NCBI GenBank assembly: GCA_018713335.1
Contig: DVOW01000025.1
Span: 46,457-110,456, forward strand
Reading direction: 5' to 3'
From: Candidatus Merdivicinus intestinigallinarum
GTDB lineage: Bacteria; Bacillota; Clostridia; Oscillospirales; Ruminococcaceae
Length of the DNA: 64,000 nucleotides
Below, piece after piece: positions 24,051-32,582 of this stretch (position 1 is its first letter; each line of letters starts with the position of its first letter). The notes below the pieces were generated by a model. That model saw nothing but the letters and a program-made list of their open reading frames with translations, was not told where the DNA came from and made no database searches. Made by a program: the position numbers and the translations under genes.

Positions 24051-25094
24051 ATGAAACTGGAACCCTTCCACCTGTATCTGGAGGCCTACGGGCTTCTTTC
24101 CCAGAAATGCCAGCAGGACGACGCCGCCCCCCAGGTGGAGAAACTGGCCCAGCGTTCCAACGACCCGGAGCTTGCCCGGAAACTGACGGAGCCGTATCAG
24201 GAAATGATGGAAGCCTGCGGGGATATTTCCCTGCCGGGATCGCTCCTGTTCCAGCGGATATTCCGGCAGGAGGGCCCGGATCCCCTGCTGTTCCAGGAGC
24301 TTTTCATGTCCTATTACAGCCCCATGGACCCCCGGCCGCCTTTGGAACAGCTGCGGGAGGGGGTCCGGGAAAAGGGGATCCGGCAATTTCTGCTGAACAT
24401 CCCGACGGATGCGGATGACAGCGGCCGGGAGAGCCTTTCGGAAGAGGAGCTGCTGAAACGGCTCCATGAGGACTGCATTACCCCGGAAGGCCGGGCCGCC
24501 ATTATGGAAACCGCCCTGTTTCCGGAGATCTATATCGCCCAGCTGGCGGAACTGCTGGAAAAAATCGCAGGGAAAATCGAGCCGATCCTTCAAAAGCACC
24601 GGGACAAATTCCGGTACGCGGAGGGATTTTTTGCAGCCCCCGACCTGGAAAGCCGGATGCGGGAACGGGTCCACCTTCAGGTGCCGGAAAATACCATCGT
24701 TTTCCCAAGCCTTAGCGCCTTCAACTACGGGCTCATATACCAGCTTACGGACAACGATTTTCCTTATTTGATATTGGGCATTATCTTCTGCGGAGTGGAC
24801 CTTTTTTCCCGGACCCCGCTTTCCGGCGAAGGGATCGCGTCCCGGTTAAAGCTCTTAGGGGATCCCACAAAGCTGGAGATCCTGCGGATCCTCAAGGAAG
24901 GCCCCGCCTATCAGACGGAGCTGGCCAAGCGGCTGAATTTGACGACCCCCACGGTGTTCCACCACATGAACCTTCTGGCGCAGCGGGATTTCATCACCGA
25001 CGAGGTGCGGGACAACCGCATCTATTACCACTTAAACCCTGAGAGCATCGACGAGCTGGCCGAGAGCCTCCGGCAGTATTTAGGCCTTCGCTAG
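24051..25094 (+). CDS. ArsR-family winged-HTH regulator with a ~250-aa N-terminal domain of unknown function
   Basis: The start is 1 nt after the MFS stop. The C-terminal motif LLGDPTKLEILRILKEGPAYQTELAKRLNLTTPTVFHHMNLL is a typical ArsR/SmtB HTH. Confidence 0.75.
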   Translation: MKLEPFHLYLEAYGLLSQKCQQDDAAPQVEKLAQRSNDPELARKLTEPYQEMMEACGDISLPGSLLFQRIFRQEGPDPLLFQELFMSYYSPMDPRPPLEQLREGVREKGIRQFLLNIPTDADDSGRESLSEEELLKRLHEDCITPEGRAAIMETALFPEIYIAQLAELLEKIAGKIEPILQKHRDKFRYAEGFFAAPDLESRMRERVHLQVPENTIVFPSLSAFNYGLIYQLTDNDFPYLILGIIFCGVDLFSRTPLSGEGIASRLKLLGDPTKLEILRILKEGPAYQTELAKRLNLTTPTVFHHMNLLAQRDFITDEVRDNRIYYHLNPESIDELAESLRQYLGLR

Positions 25095-25248
25095 GACAGG
25101 AAAAATCTGTCATTTCTCCTTCAAAAATGATTTACAATTTTCATTTAGGTTTCACCTTGGTTTCAAACGCATATCACTTGACATGGGTATACTAAAGACA
25201 ATGAAACAAGTGAAACACCTCTTGAAGAATACTGAAGGAGAGATCAAT

Positions 25249-26487
25249 ATGGAAGGCAATACCAACAACATGAACAACATGAATCTGACCCCTGATTTCC
25301 AGGACCATCAGGAACCGGAAAAGAAGAAAACACCCTACCTGACCAAGAAAATGGGCGCTGTTATCATGGCCTTGTGCATCGTGGCGGCGGGGGGCGGCGG
25401 ATTTGCCGCCGGCGTAGCGGCCAACAGCATCGGCGCCGACGGCGTTTCCGCTTCCCAGACCCAGCAGCCCACCGGAACGGTGAACACCGCGGACAGCGGT
25501 TCTTCTTCCGCAAACGCTTCCACCATGGCCAGCAGCTCCTCCGGTGAAATGACCGTGGAGCAGATTGCCGAAAAGGTCTGCGATTCCGTTGTGGAGATCA
25601 CCACTGAAGTGACGCAGTACGACAACTTCATGCGGCAGTATGTTTCGGAAGGGGCCGGCTCCGGCGTCATTATCTCCTCCGACGGCTACATCATCACCAA
25701 TAACCATGTGATCGAGGACGCCAGCAGCATCACCGTCACCCTCCGGGACGGCACTTCCTACCCGGCCACCCTGGTGGGGACCGACGAACAGGGCGACATC
25801 GCAGTCATCAAGGTGGAAGCCACCGGCCTGAAAGCCGCGGAACTTGGCAGCTCTGCGGACCTGAAGGTGGGCGAAACCGTAGTCGCCGTGGGCAACCCCC
25901 TGGGCCAGCTGGGCGGCACTGTCACCGACGGTATCGTCAGCGCCCTGGACCGGCAGATCGACATCGACGGCAAAACCATGACCCTTCTACAGACCAACGC
26001 GGCCATCAACCCCGGCAACTCCGGCGGCGGCCTCTTTAACAGCAAAGGCCAGCTCATCGGCGTTGTAGTGGCCAAATCCTCCGGCAGCGATATCGAAGGC
26101 TTAGGCTTCGCCGTCCCCATTGACACGGCAAAAGCCATTGCCGACGACCTGATGCAGTACGGCTATGTCAAGGGCCGCATCAGCCTGGGGCTGTCCGTCC
26201 TGGATATTTCCAACGCCCAGATTGCCCGGATGTATGGTCTGTCCGGCACCGGCGTCTATATTTCCGAAGTTGCCCAGGGCACCAACGCCGCCCAGGTGGG
26301 CTTCCAGTCCGGGGACCGGATCGTGTCCTTTAACGGCACGGAGATCACCAGCGTGGACGACCTGAAAACGGCCATTGACCAGTGCAGCGTCGGCGACACC
26401 GTGGAAATGGTCATCGAACGGAACGGCAGCAAATATTCCGGCCAGCTGACCCTGGAGGAATCCAAACCCGATACCGCTCAGTCCTAA
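25249..26487 (+). CDS. HtrA/DegP-family serine protease with a PDZ domain and N-terminal membrane anchor
   Basis: The start is moved to the ATG at 25249 after GAAGGAGAG. Catalytic-triad contexts are TNNHV, DIAVIK and GNSGGGLFN. A C-terminal PDZ-like segment is present. Confidence 0.9.
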   Translation: MEGNTNNMNNMNLTPDFQDHQEPEKKKTPYLTKKMGAVIMALCIVAAGGGGFAAGVAANSIGADGVSASQTQQPTGTVNTADSGSSSANASTMASSSSGEMTVEQIAEKVCDSVVEITTEVTQYDNFMRQYVSEGAGSGVIISSDGYIITNNHVIEDASSITVTLRDGTSYPATLVGTDEQGDIAVIKVEATGLKAAELGSSADLKVGETVVAVGNPLGQLGGTVTDGIVSALDRQIDIDGKTMTLLQTNAAINPGNSGGGLFNSKGQLIGVVVAKSSGSDIEGLGFAVPIDTAKAIADDLMQYGYVKGRISLGLSVLDISNAQIARMYGLSGTGVYISEVAQGTNAAQVGFQSGDRIVSFNGTEITSVDDLKTAIDQCSVGDTVEMVIERNGSKYSGQLTLEESKPDTAQS

Positions 26488-26518
26488 GATAGTTTCTCCC
26501 TTTCCATGTGAATAGAAA

Positions 26519-26554
26519 GCAAGCCGCCCGGCAGTTATCTGCCGGGCGGCTTGC
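26519..26554. terminator. 16-bp-stem hairpin between convergent htrA-like and XRE genes
   Basis: GCAAGCCGCCCGGCAG-ttat-CTGCCGGGCGGCTTGC. The minus-strand side is followed by UUUCUAUU. Confidence 0.6.
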
Positions 26555-26559
26555 CGCGT

Positions 26560-26835
26560 TTAGCGGAAGGCGCGCTTTTCAGGCTGGCGCTGATCCTTTT
26601 TTTCCAATTCCTCCTCCAGCTTCCGGACAACCGTGCTCATCTTCACATTCATGGCGGTGCAGATGCGGTAAAAGGTTTCCAGGGTGGGCTTCCGTTCCCC
26701 CCGTTCGATGGCGCTCAAATGGCTCCGGCCGATGCCGGCCAGACCGCTGAGCACCTCCTGGGACATGCCGCTTTGCTGGCGGAAATACGCAATGACCTGT
26801 CCCACAACCACGGAATCTAACGTTGAAATATACAT
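26560..26835 (-). CDS. XRE-family HTH regulator
   Basis: The ATG at 26835 is 6 nt after AGAGGTG. The HTH segment is MSQEVLSGLAGIGRSHLSAIERGERKPTLETF. Confidence 0.8.
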   Translation of the reverse strand: MYISTLDSVVVGQVIAYFRQQSGMSQEVLSGLAGIGRSHLSAIERGERKPTLETFYRICTAMNVKMSTVVRKLEEELEKKDQRQPEKRAFR

Positions 26836-26954
26836 AGTTATCACCTCTATGTATATTCTATGGGAGAACTGCCCGCGCTATGAGTACATATGTTGACAAA
26901 TGAATACTTATGTGTTAGAATTGGTTTATCATAATCAGGGAAAGGGATGGGTTT

Positions 26955-27341
26955 ATGGACAGTCAAGGAACTGAAACCACAAAGATGAAATTTTGCAAGC
27001 ATTGCGGCGCACAAATAGCGGAGGATGCCGTGATCTGCACAGTCTGCGGCAGACAGGTGGAAGAAATGAAAAGCGCCAATGCCCCGCAGCCTACAATTGT
27101 AATTAATAATGAAAACAACAACACCAACACAAATCTGAACGCGGCTCCTCAAAAGTCCCCCAAAAATAAGTGGGCTGCGCTGGCGCTTTGCTTTTTTCTG
27201 GGAATTTTTGGAGCGCATAAGTTTTACGAAGGAAAAATCGGCATGGGGATTTTATACCTGTTTACCGGCGGACTATGCGGAATCGGCGCGCTGGTTGATT
27301 TTATTGTGCTGCTCTTTAAGCCGAACCCATACTATATCTAA
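26955..27341 (+). CDS. Zinc-ribbon plus TM2-domain membrane protein
   Basis: A zinc-ribbon motif CKHCG...CTVCG is followed by an Asn-rich linker and a C-terminal TM2-like segment (FFLGIFGAHKFYEGKIGMGILYLFTGGLCGIGALVDF). Confidence 0.75.
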   Translation: MDSQGTETTKMKFCKHCGAQIAEDAVICTVCGRQVEEMKSANAPQPTIVINNENNNTNTNLNAAPQKSPKNKWAALALCFFLGIFGAHKFYEGKIGMGILYLFTGGLCGIGALVDFIVLLFKPNPYYI

Positions 27342-27416
27342 GGAACGAGCATTGAACCTGTGTCTGGACCGCTGCTGTTGGCAGTATATCTATCTTTTTC
27401 AAATATGCGATGGGAG

Positions 27417-27450
27417 AAAAAGCGCCGGATATCAAATATCCGGCGCTTTA
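27417..27450. terminator. Perfect 12-bp palindromic hairpin after the TM2 gene
   Basis: AGCGCCGGATAT-caa-ATATCCGGCGCT flanked by an A-run and TTTA. The T-tract is weak. Confidence 0.45.
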
Positions 27451-27564
27451 CTGATTAAGCCAAGATATCCGCGGAATTTTAAATAATCCTTAATTTCTCC
27501 AAATGCCGTTGATTTTCGACAGGGAATCCGATATAATGACAAGTAGAGAGTAAGGAGGTATTCC

Positions 27565-28593
27565 ATGGAACAGAATCTCAATCAAGAGCAAAAAAAGCCC
27601 CGCCGGGGAGCTTCGAAATTCCTGGCTGTTTTGAATATCCTGCTTCTCCTGGCTTTGGCGGCCGTTTTGGGCTATCATTTCCTGTCCCAGCGCAGGCTGT
27701 CCGTGGAAGCCATGGCCCAGCAGCAGGAGCTGGAAACCAGGATCCAGGAGCTGGAGGAAACCACCATCCCGGTGGATACCTTCAAAGGCTATGTCCAGCA
27801 GTACAGCCCCAGCACCGAGTTTATCCAGCAGTTTTTCCCGGACAAGCTGGTCTATAAGGATGAAACCGGCGTAGTTTACGCCGATATCGACGAATCCCTG
27901 CCCAAAAACGATTACGACTGGCAGTACCTTTCCAGGAACGGCAAGCGGTATTCCTACGCCCCGCCGGAGGGCCAGGCCGCCCTTTTGGGCATTGACGTTT
28001 CGGCCCATCAGGGGGATATCGATTGGCAGGCGGTAAAAGACGACGGCATCGGCTTTGCCATGATCCGCCTGGCTTACCGGGGCTACGGCGCTTCCGGCAA
28101 CCTGCTGGTGGACCAGAATTATGAGGCCAACATCGACGGCGCATTGGACGCCGGGCTGGACGTGGGCGTTTATGTCTTTTCCCAGGCCATCACAGAGGAA
28201 GAAGCCGTGGAGGAAGCCAACCTGGCCATTGAAAATCTGAAAGGCCGGGACATCACCTTCCCTGTGGTTTTTGACATGGAGGAAATTGCTGGGAGCGAGG
28301 CTCGCACCTACGGCATGACGCCGGAGCAGGTGACGGATATCGCCATTGCCTTCTGCGAAACTATTGAGGCCGCCGGATACCGGCCCATGATTTACGGCAA
28401 TCTGAAATGGCTGGCGGCCAACATGGATTTGAGCCGCCTCACCGAATACGACACCTGGCTGGCCCAGTATTACCGCACCCCCGCGTTCCCGTACGACTTC
28501 CAAATGTGGCAGTATACCAACACCGGCAGCGTGGCCGGCATTAACGGCGATGTGGACTTGAACCTCTGCTTTACCCGTTACCCTGCCCAATAA
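27565..28593 (+). CDS. GH25 muramidase (lysozyme) with N-terminal membrane anchor and coiled-coil
   Basis: AAGGAGG RBS. The GH25 pattern is GIDVSAHQGDIDWQAVKDDGIGFAMIRLAYRG...DVGVYVFSQA...WQYT. Confidence 0.9.
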   Translation: MEQNLNQEQKKPRRGASKFLAVLNILLLLALAAVLGYHFLSQRRLSVEAMAQQQELETRIQELEETTIPVDTFKGYVQQYSPSTEFIQQFFPDKLVYKDETGVVYADIDESLPKNDYDWQYLSRNGKRYSYAPPEGQAALLGIDVSAHQGDIDWQAVKDDGIGFAMIRLAYRGYGASGNLLVDQNYEANIDGALDAGLDVGVYVFSQAITEEEAVEEANLAIENLKGRDITFPVVFDMEEIAGSEARTYGMTPEQVTDIAIAFCETIEAAGYRPMIYGNLKWLAANMDLSRLTEYDTWLAQYYRTPAFPYDFQMWQYTNTGSVAGINGDVDLNLCFTRYPAQ

Positions 28594-28603
28594 CAGCAAA
28601 AGC

Positions 28604-28636
28604 CCCGGTTCCCATAAGGAACCGGGCCTCTTTTTA
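28604..28636. terminator. Intrinsic terminator after the GH25 gene
   Basis: CCCGGTTCC-cataa-GGAACCGGG followed by CCTCTTTTTATT. The T-run overlaps the stop of the convergent XRE gene. Confidence 0.6.
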
Positions 28637-28963
28637 TTCTGTGTTCTTTAAAATGTCGGCCCCAATGGCCAAAAGCAGCCGCTTCTGCCGGTCATCCATC
28701 CGGCGGCACAAGGCAGCGATCTCCTCGGTCAGGTAATCCGGCCGGCCGGGATCCACTCCCGTCACCAATTCCCCGATGCCGCAGCCCAGCCATCCGGCCA
28801 CCGCCGCCAGGGTATCCAGGTTGATTTTTGTCACGCCCCGTTCCAGCTGGCTCACATATCCCACCGAAACCCCTAAAGCCTCGGCCAGGTTGTCCTGTGT
28901 CCTGCCCAGCTGCCGCCGCTTCTGCTTCATCCGCTGGCCCAGGAGCCGGTAATCCACACCCAT
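28634..28963 (-). CDS. XRE-family HTH regulator
   Basis: The ATG at 28963 is 6 nt after AGAGGGTG. The HTH segment is RTQDNLAEALGVSVGYVSQLERGVTKINLDTL. Confidence 0.8.
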   Translation of the reverse strand: MGVDYRLLGQRMKQKRRQLGRTQDNLAEALGVSVGYVSQLERGVTKINLDTLAAVAGWLGCGIGELVTGVDPGRPDYLTEEIAALCRRMDDRQKRLLLAIGADILKNTE

Positions 28964-29105
28964 CGCTATCACCCTCTATTATTTTAGAAGGTATCACTGT
29001 GGATATACAGACACTAATTGCTATAATTATAGCAATAACTGTTGATTTCTGTCAAAAAAGATGGTATACTGGAAGCATTGAGAAAACGGAGAGGGGTTTT
29101 TGCCA

Positions 29106-29585
29106 ATGTTTCCAGACAACGAACCGGTTTCGGTCAGCCTTCTGCGGGCCTTTTCCTTTCTGAGCGTCCTTGCCTGCCTGTGCCTGCCTTTTTTGTCGTG
29201 GGCGGAGGTCCCCTGGGGCGGCCGGACGGTGGGCTTCGCGCCGCTGCTGTATTGGCTGGGGCCGGTCATGCTCAATGATTCACCGGCGGTTTGGCGGGGG
29301 ATGACTTTCATAGGGCTTTGCTGTTCCGCCGGCGCCGCCTTGCTTTTAGGGGCGGGCATTGCCTTGCTGCGCCCGGCATACACGCAAATGCTGCGGCTGT
29401 TCGAGGCGGGCTTTTGGATGCTGGCCCTGTCTGCTTTGGGGACCTGGGTATCCACCCTGCTGGTTCCGTGGGCCGCTCCCACTGCCGCCTGTTTCGCCGC
29501 CATGGTTTCAGGCGCGGCCGGCGGCGTCCTTGCCGGTCAATACCGGCGGCTGTGCGTTACGGCCAAAAATACCCCCGTATCGTAA
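29106..29585 (+). CDS. Hypothetical integral membrane protein
   Basis: The ATG at 29106 is 9 nt after GGAGAGGGG. 159 aa with 4-5 hydrophobic segments. No family recognised. It is divergent from the XRE gene. Confidence 0.5.
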   Translation: MFPDNEPVSVSLLRAFSFLSVLACLCLPFLSWAEVPWGGRTVGFAPLLYWLGPVMLNDSPAVWRGMTFIGLCCSAGAALLLGAGIALLRPAYTQMLRLFEAGFWMLALSALGTWVSTLLVPWAAPTAACFAAMVSGAAGGVLAGQYRRLCVTAKNTPVS

Positions 29586-29617
29586 AGGATACGGGGGTTC
29601 TTACTGTTTTTATTGGA

Positions 29618-31045
29618 TCACACCGGGTCGCCGATGGTGTCCACACGCAGAAGGTTGGTGGTGCCGGAGATCCCCAAAGGCACGCCGGCGGTGGTGACGA
29701 CCAGGTCGCCTTTTTCCACCAGGCCGTGCTGCTCCGCCGCGTCATAAGCCGCGGCGAACAGGGCGTCGGTGCTGGTCTTTTCCTCCACCAAGATGGGGGT
29801 GACGCCCCAGGAAAGGTTCAGCTGGCGGACGGTGAAATCATGGGGGGAGCAGGCGATAATGGGGCAGACGGGCCGGTATTTGGAGATCATCTTGGCAGTC
29901 TTGCCGTATTTGGTGACGGTGATAATGCACTTGGCGTTCAAATCCAAAGCCGTGGTGACGGTGGCGTGGGAAATGGCGTTGGTCACATCGGTGCCCGCGG
30001 CGGATTCCCGGACACGGAACCGTTTTTCATAGTTGATGTCCGACTCGGTGCGCTCGGCAATGGTGGCCATGACCTTCACCGCTTCAATGGGATAGGCCCC
30101 GGCGGCGGTTTCGCCGGAAAGCATAATGGCGCTGGTGCCGTCGTAAATGGCGTTGGCTACGTCCGTGATTTCCGCACGGGTGGGGCGGGGGTTCTTCATC
30201 ATGGAGTCCAGCATCTGGGTGGCGGTGATCACCTGCTTGCCGGCGTCGTAGCCCTTGGTAATGAGCCGCTTCTGGATCACCGGGATGTTTTCATAGGGGA
30301 TTTCTACGCCCATGTCGCCCCGGGCCACCATAATGCCGTCGGAAACCTTGATGATCTCGTCGATGTTTTCCACGCCTTCGGCGTTTTCGATTTTGGCGAT
30401 CACTTTGATATGTCCGCCGCCGTTTTCTTCCAGAAGCCGCCGGATCTGAAGGATGTCGTCGGCTGTCCGGGTAAAGGAGGCCGCGATAAAGTCAAAGCCG
30501 GTGCGGATGCCGAAGAGGATGTCCTCCCGGTCCTTGTCGCTTAAAAAGGGCATGGAAAGGGAAACGTTGGGGACGTTGATGCCTTTCCGGTTGGAAATGC
30601 GGCCGCCGTTTACCACCTGGCACACCAGGTTTTCCCCGTCGTTTTCCAAAAGGACCAGTTCAATGAGGCCGTCGTCAATGAGGATCCGGTCTCCGGGCTT
30701 CACGTCCCCCGGCAGGTCTTTAAAGGAAATGGAGGCGATCTCTTTGTTGCCCACGATCTCCCGGGTGGTCAAGGTGAACATATCCCCGGCCAGAAGCTCG
30801 GCCTTGCCGTCCTCCAGAAGGCCTAGGCGGATCTCCGGACCCTTGGTGTCCAAAAGCGCCGCTACCGGCGCACCCAGCTTTTCCCGGATGCGGACCAGGG
30901 TTTCAAAACGCGCGGCGTGCTCCGGATAGGTCTGGTGGGAGAAATTAAACCGCGCCACGTTCATGCCGGCCCGGATCAGCTCCTCCATCCGTTCATCGGA
31001 ATCCGTGGATGGCCCCAGGGTGCAAATAATTTTCGTTTTGCGCAT
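29618..31045 (-). CDS. pyk: Pyruvate kinase
   Basis: 475 aa. MRKTKIICTLGPS, NVARFNFSH, MVARGDLGVEIP-like (MVARGDMGVEIP) and TQMLDSM are canonical pyruvate kinase motifs. Confidence 0.95.
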   Translation of the reverse strand: MRKTKIICTLGPSTDSDERMEELIRAGMNVARFNFSHQTYPEHAARFETLVRIREKLGAPVAALLDTKGPEIRLGLLEDGKAELLAGDMFTLTTREIVGNKEIASISFKDLPGDVKPGDRILIDDGLIELVLLENDGENLVCQVVNGGRISNRKGINVPNVSLSMPFLSDKDREDILFGIRTGFDFIAASFTRTADDILQIRRLLEENGGGHIKVIAKIENAEGVENIDEIIKVSDGIMVARGDMGVEIPYENIPVIQKRLITKGYDAGKQVITATQMLDSMMKNPRPTRAEITDVANAIYDGTSAIMLSGETAAGAYPIEAVKVMATIAERTESDINYEKRFRVRESAAGTDVTNAISHATVTTALDLNAKCIITVTKYGKTAKMISKYRPVCPIIACSPHDFTVRQLNLSWGVTPILVEEKTSTDALFAAAYDAAEQHGLVEKGDLVVTTAGVPLGISGTTNLLRVDTIGDPV

Positions 31046-31191
31046 ATGTCGTTCATCCTTTCTAAACGAACTTTTTTCTTCAAATTGACATTATACATTT
31101 TTATTATACCCCTTTTCCGGGAAAATGTACATATAGTTTCTGTAAAAGCCGGATTTTCTTCCAGATTTTTGCGGCCCCGGCCGGAAACGCC

Positions 31192-31220
31192 TTGCATTGT
31201 ATGAGGAAAACCGTTATAAT
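31192..31220 (+). promoter_or_regulatory. Candidate sigma-A promoter of the wHTH-LicC gene
   Basis: TTGCAT (31192-31197), a 17-nt spacer, then TATAAT (31215-31220). The leader is about 95 nt. Confidence 0.6.
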
Positions 31221-31317
31221 AAAAGAAAGCCGGATTTTTATGAAATACCCGGCTGTTTTGCTGAAACTGTTCGCTTTCTTTCGATAAATATCTGATGAAA
31301 AAGGAGCCTGATCCGGT

Positions 31318-32226
31318 ATGGAATTAAATAAAAAGGAATTTGAGATCCTCACCTACATCGAACGCTATAACGGCGAAAAAATAAGCCAGCGCCGCCTGGC
31401 GGCAGGGACCGGTTTTTCCCTGGGGGCAGTCAACAAGCTGCTGCCCGTCCTCTTGGAGCAGAACTGGATCGACATCCCCGCAAGCAAAAACGTCTACATT
31501 ACAAAGGAGGGCCTGGCGGCCTTGGAGCCTTACCGGGTAAAGCGGGCCATTTTTATGGCCGCTGGCTTCGGCTCCCGGCTGGTGCCCATTACCCTGAACA
31601 CCCCTAAGGCATTGATCCGCATCCACGGCCGGCCCATGATCGAAACCATGCTGGACGCCGTGGTCCGGGCCGGCATCGAGGAAATCTACATTGTCCGGGG
31701 CTATTTAGGGGAGCAGTTCGACATCCTCAAAAAGAAATACCCCAATATTATCTTCGTGGAAAACCCGGATTATAAGGAAGCCAACAATATTTCCTCGGCA
31801 ATGAAGGTCAAGGACCTGTTCGGCGGGGCCTATGTGCTGGATTCCGACCTTTACCTGCAAAACCCGGACCTGATCCGGAAATATGAGTACTGCGCCAGCT
31901 ATGTGGGGGTCAAAAAGGAGCGCACCGACGACTGGCGGCTCATTATGAAAAACGGCCGGATCACCGGCATGAAGGTGGGGGGCACCGACTGCTACCACAT
32001 GTACGACATCACCTATTGGACCCCGGAGGACGGGGAGAAAATGGCCAAATACCTGCCGGAGCTTTATGAATCCCCCGGCGGCAAGGAAAACTATTGGGAT
32101 AATGTGCCCCTGGATGTTTACAACAAGGAGTTTTACATTGAGGCCCGGGAGTGCAAGGAAGGGGATGTCATTGAAATCGACACCCTGACGGAGCTCCAGG
32201 AGCTGGACCCGGTCTATAAATTTTAA
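31318..32226 (+). CDS. LicC-like nucleotidyltransferase (CTP:phosphocholine cytidylyltransferase-like) fused to an N-terminal winged-HTH
   Basis: AAAAAGGAG RBS. Residues 1-70 look MarR/wHTH-like (FEILTYIERYNGEKISQRRLAAGTGFSLGAVNKLL). The rest parallels S. pneumoniae LicC as I recall it (AAGFGSRL, NTPKALI, GYLGEQFDILKKKY, DSDLYL). Confidence 0.85.
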   Translation: MELNKKEFEILTYIERYNGEKISQRRLAAGTGFSLGAVNKLLPVLLEQNWIDIPASKNVYITKEGLAALEPYRVKRAIFMAAGFGSRLVPITLNTPKALIRIHGRPMIETMLDAVVRAGIEEIYIVRGYLGEQFDILKKKYPNIIFVENPDYKEANNISSAMKVKDLFGGAYVLDSDLYLQNPDLIRKYEYCASYVGVKKERTDDWRLIMKNGRITGMKVGGTDCYHMYDITYWTPEDGEKMAKYLPELYESPGGKENYWDNVPLDVYNKEFYIEARECKEGDVIEIDTLTELQELDPVYKF

Positions 32227-32249
32227 CAGAACAGAAAGGATGGATCAAC

Positions 32250-32570
32250 ATGACAAAAGTTACCATTAATCCGGGCGTGTGCGGCCTGATCACCACAGTG
32301 GAGGCCCATTCCGACGACCAGATGGAAGTCAAAGTGACGGTGAAATCCGGCTGCGAGGCCGTCCGCAAAATGATGGAGGAGCTGGGGGACACCTTCGACG
32401 CCTTCGCCTGCTGCCTGGGCAAGCCCGGCACCAGCGTCTTTTACGATTACGCCAGGGAGCATTTCCCCGGCCACGCTTCCTGTCCCACTTTGGCGGGGAT
32501 CTTAAAGTGCATGGAAGTGGAGTGCGGCCTGGCCCTGCCCAAAGAAGCCTCCATCACCTTTGAGAAATAA
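32250..32570 (+). CDS. Small Cys-rich conserved protein of unknown function (106 aa)
   Basis: GAAAGGATGG RBS. Eight Cys are present, including NPGVCG, SGCEA, FACCLG, ASCPT and KCMEVECG. Confidence 0.6.
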   Translation: MTKVTINPGVCGLITTVEAHSDDQMEVKVTVKSGCEAVRKMMEELGDTFDAFACCLGKPGTSVFYDYAREHFPGHASCPTLAGILKCMEVECGLALPKEASITFEK

Positions 32571-32582
32571 AGGAGGGCTTTT

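Noticed and set aside
26560-29585. Prophage remnant (lysozyme plus XRE repressors plus small membrane proteins).
   Set aside because: The window has no integrase, terminase, capsid or tail genes and no att-like repeats. I kept this only as a low-interest finding rather than calling a mobile element.
31103-31131. Recurring TGTACA hexamer in promoter-like regions. It appears as the -35 of TGTACA-N17-TATAAT upstream of pyk (31131-31103) and GH130 (50347-50319). It also appears at 15334-15339, 15483-15488 and 63665-63670 upstream of gap.
   Set aside because: A 6-bp palindrome is expected by chance several times in 64 kb, especially in AT-rich spacers. There is no extended conserved context, so I do not claim a regulator site.
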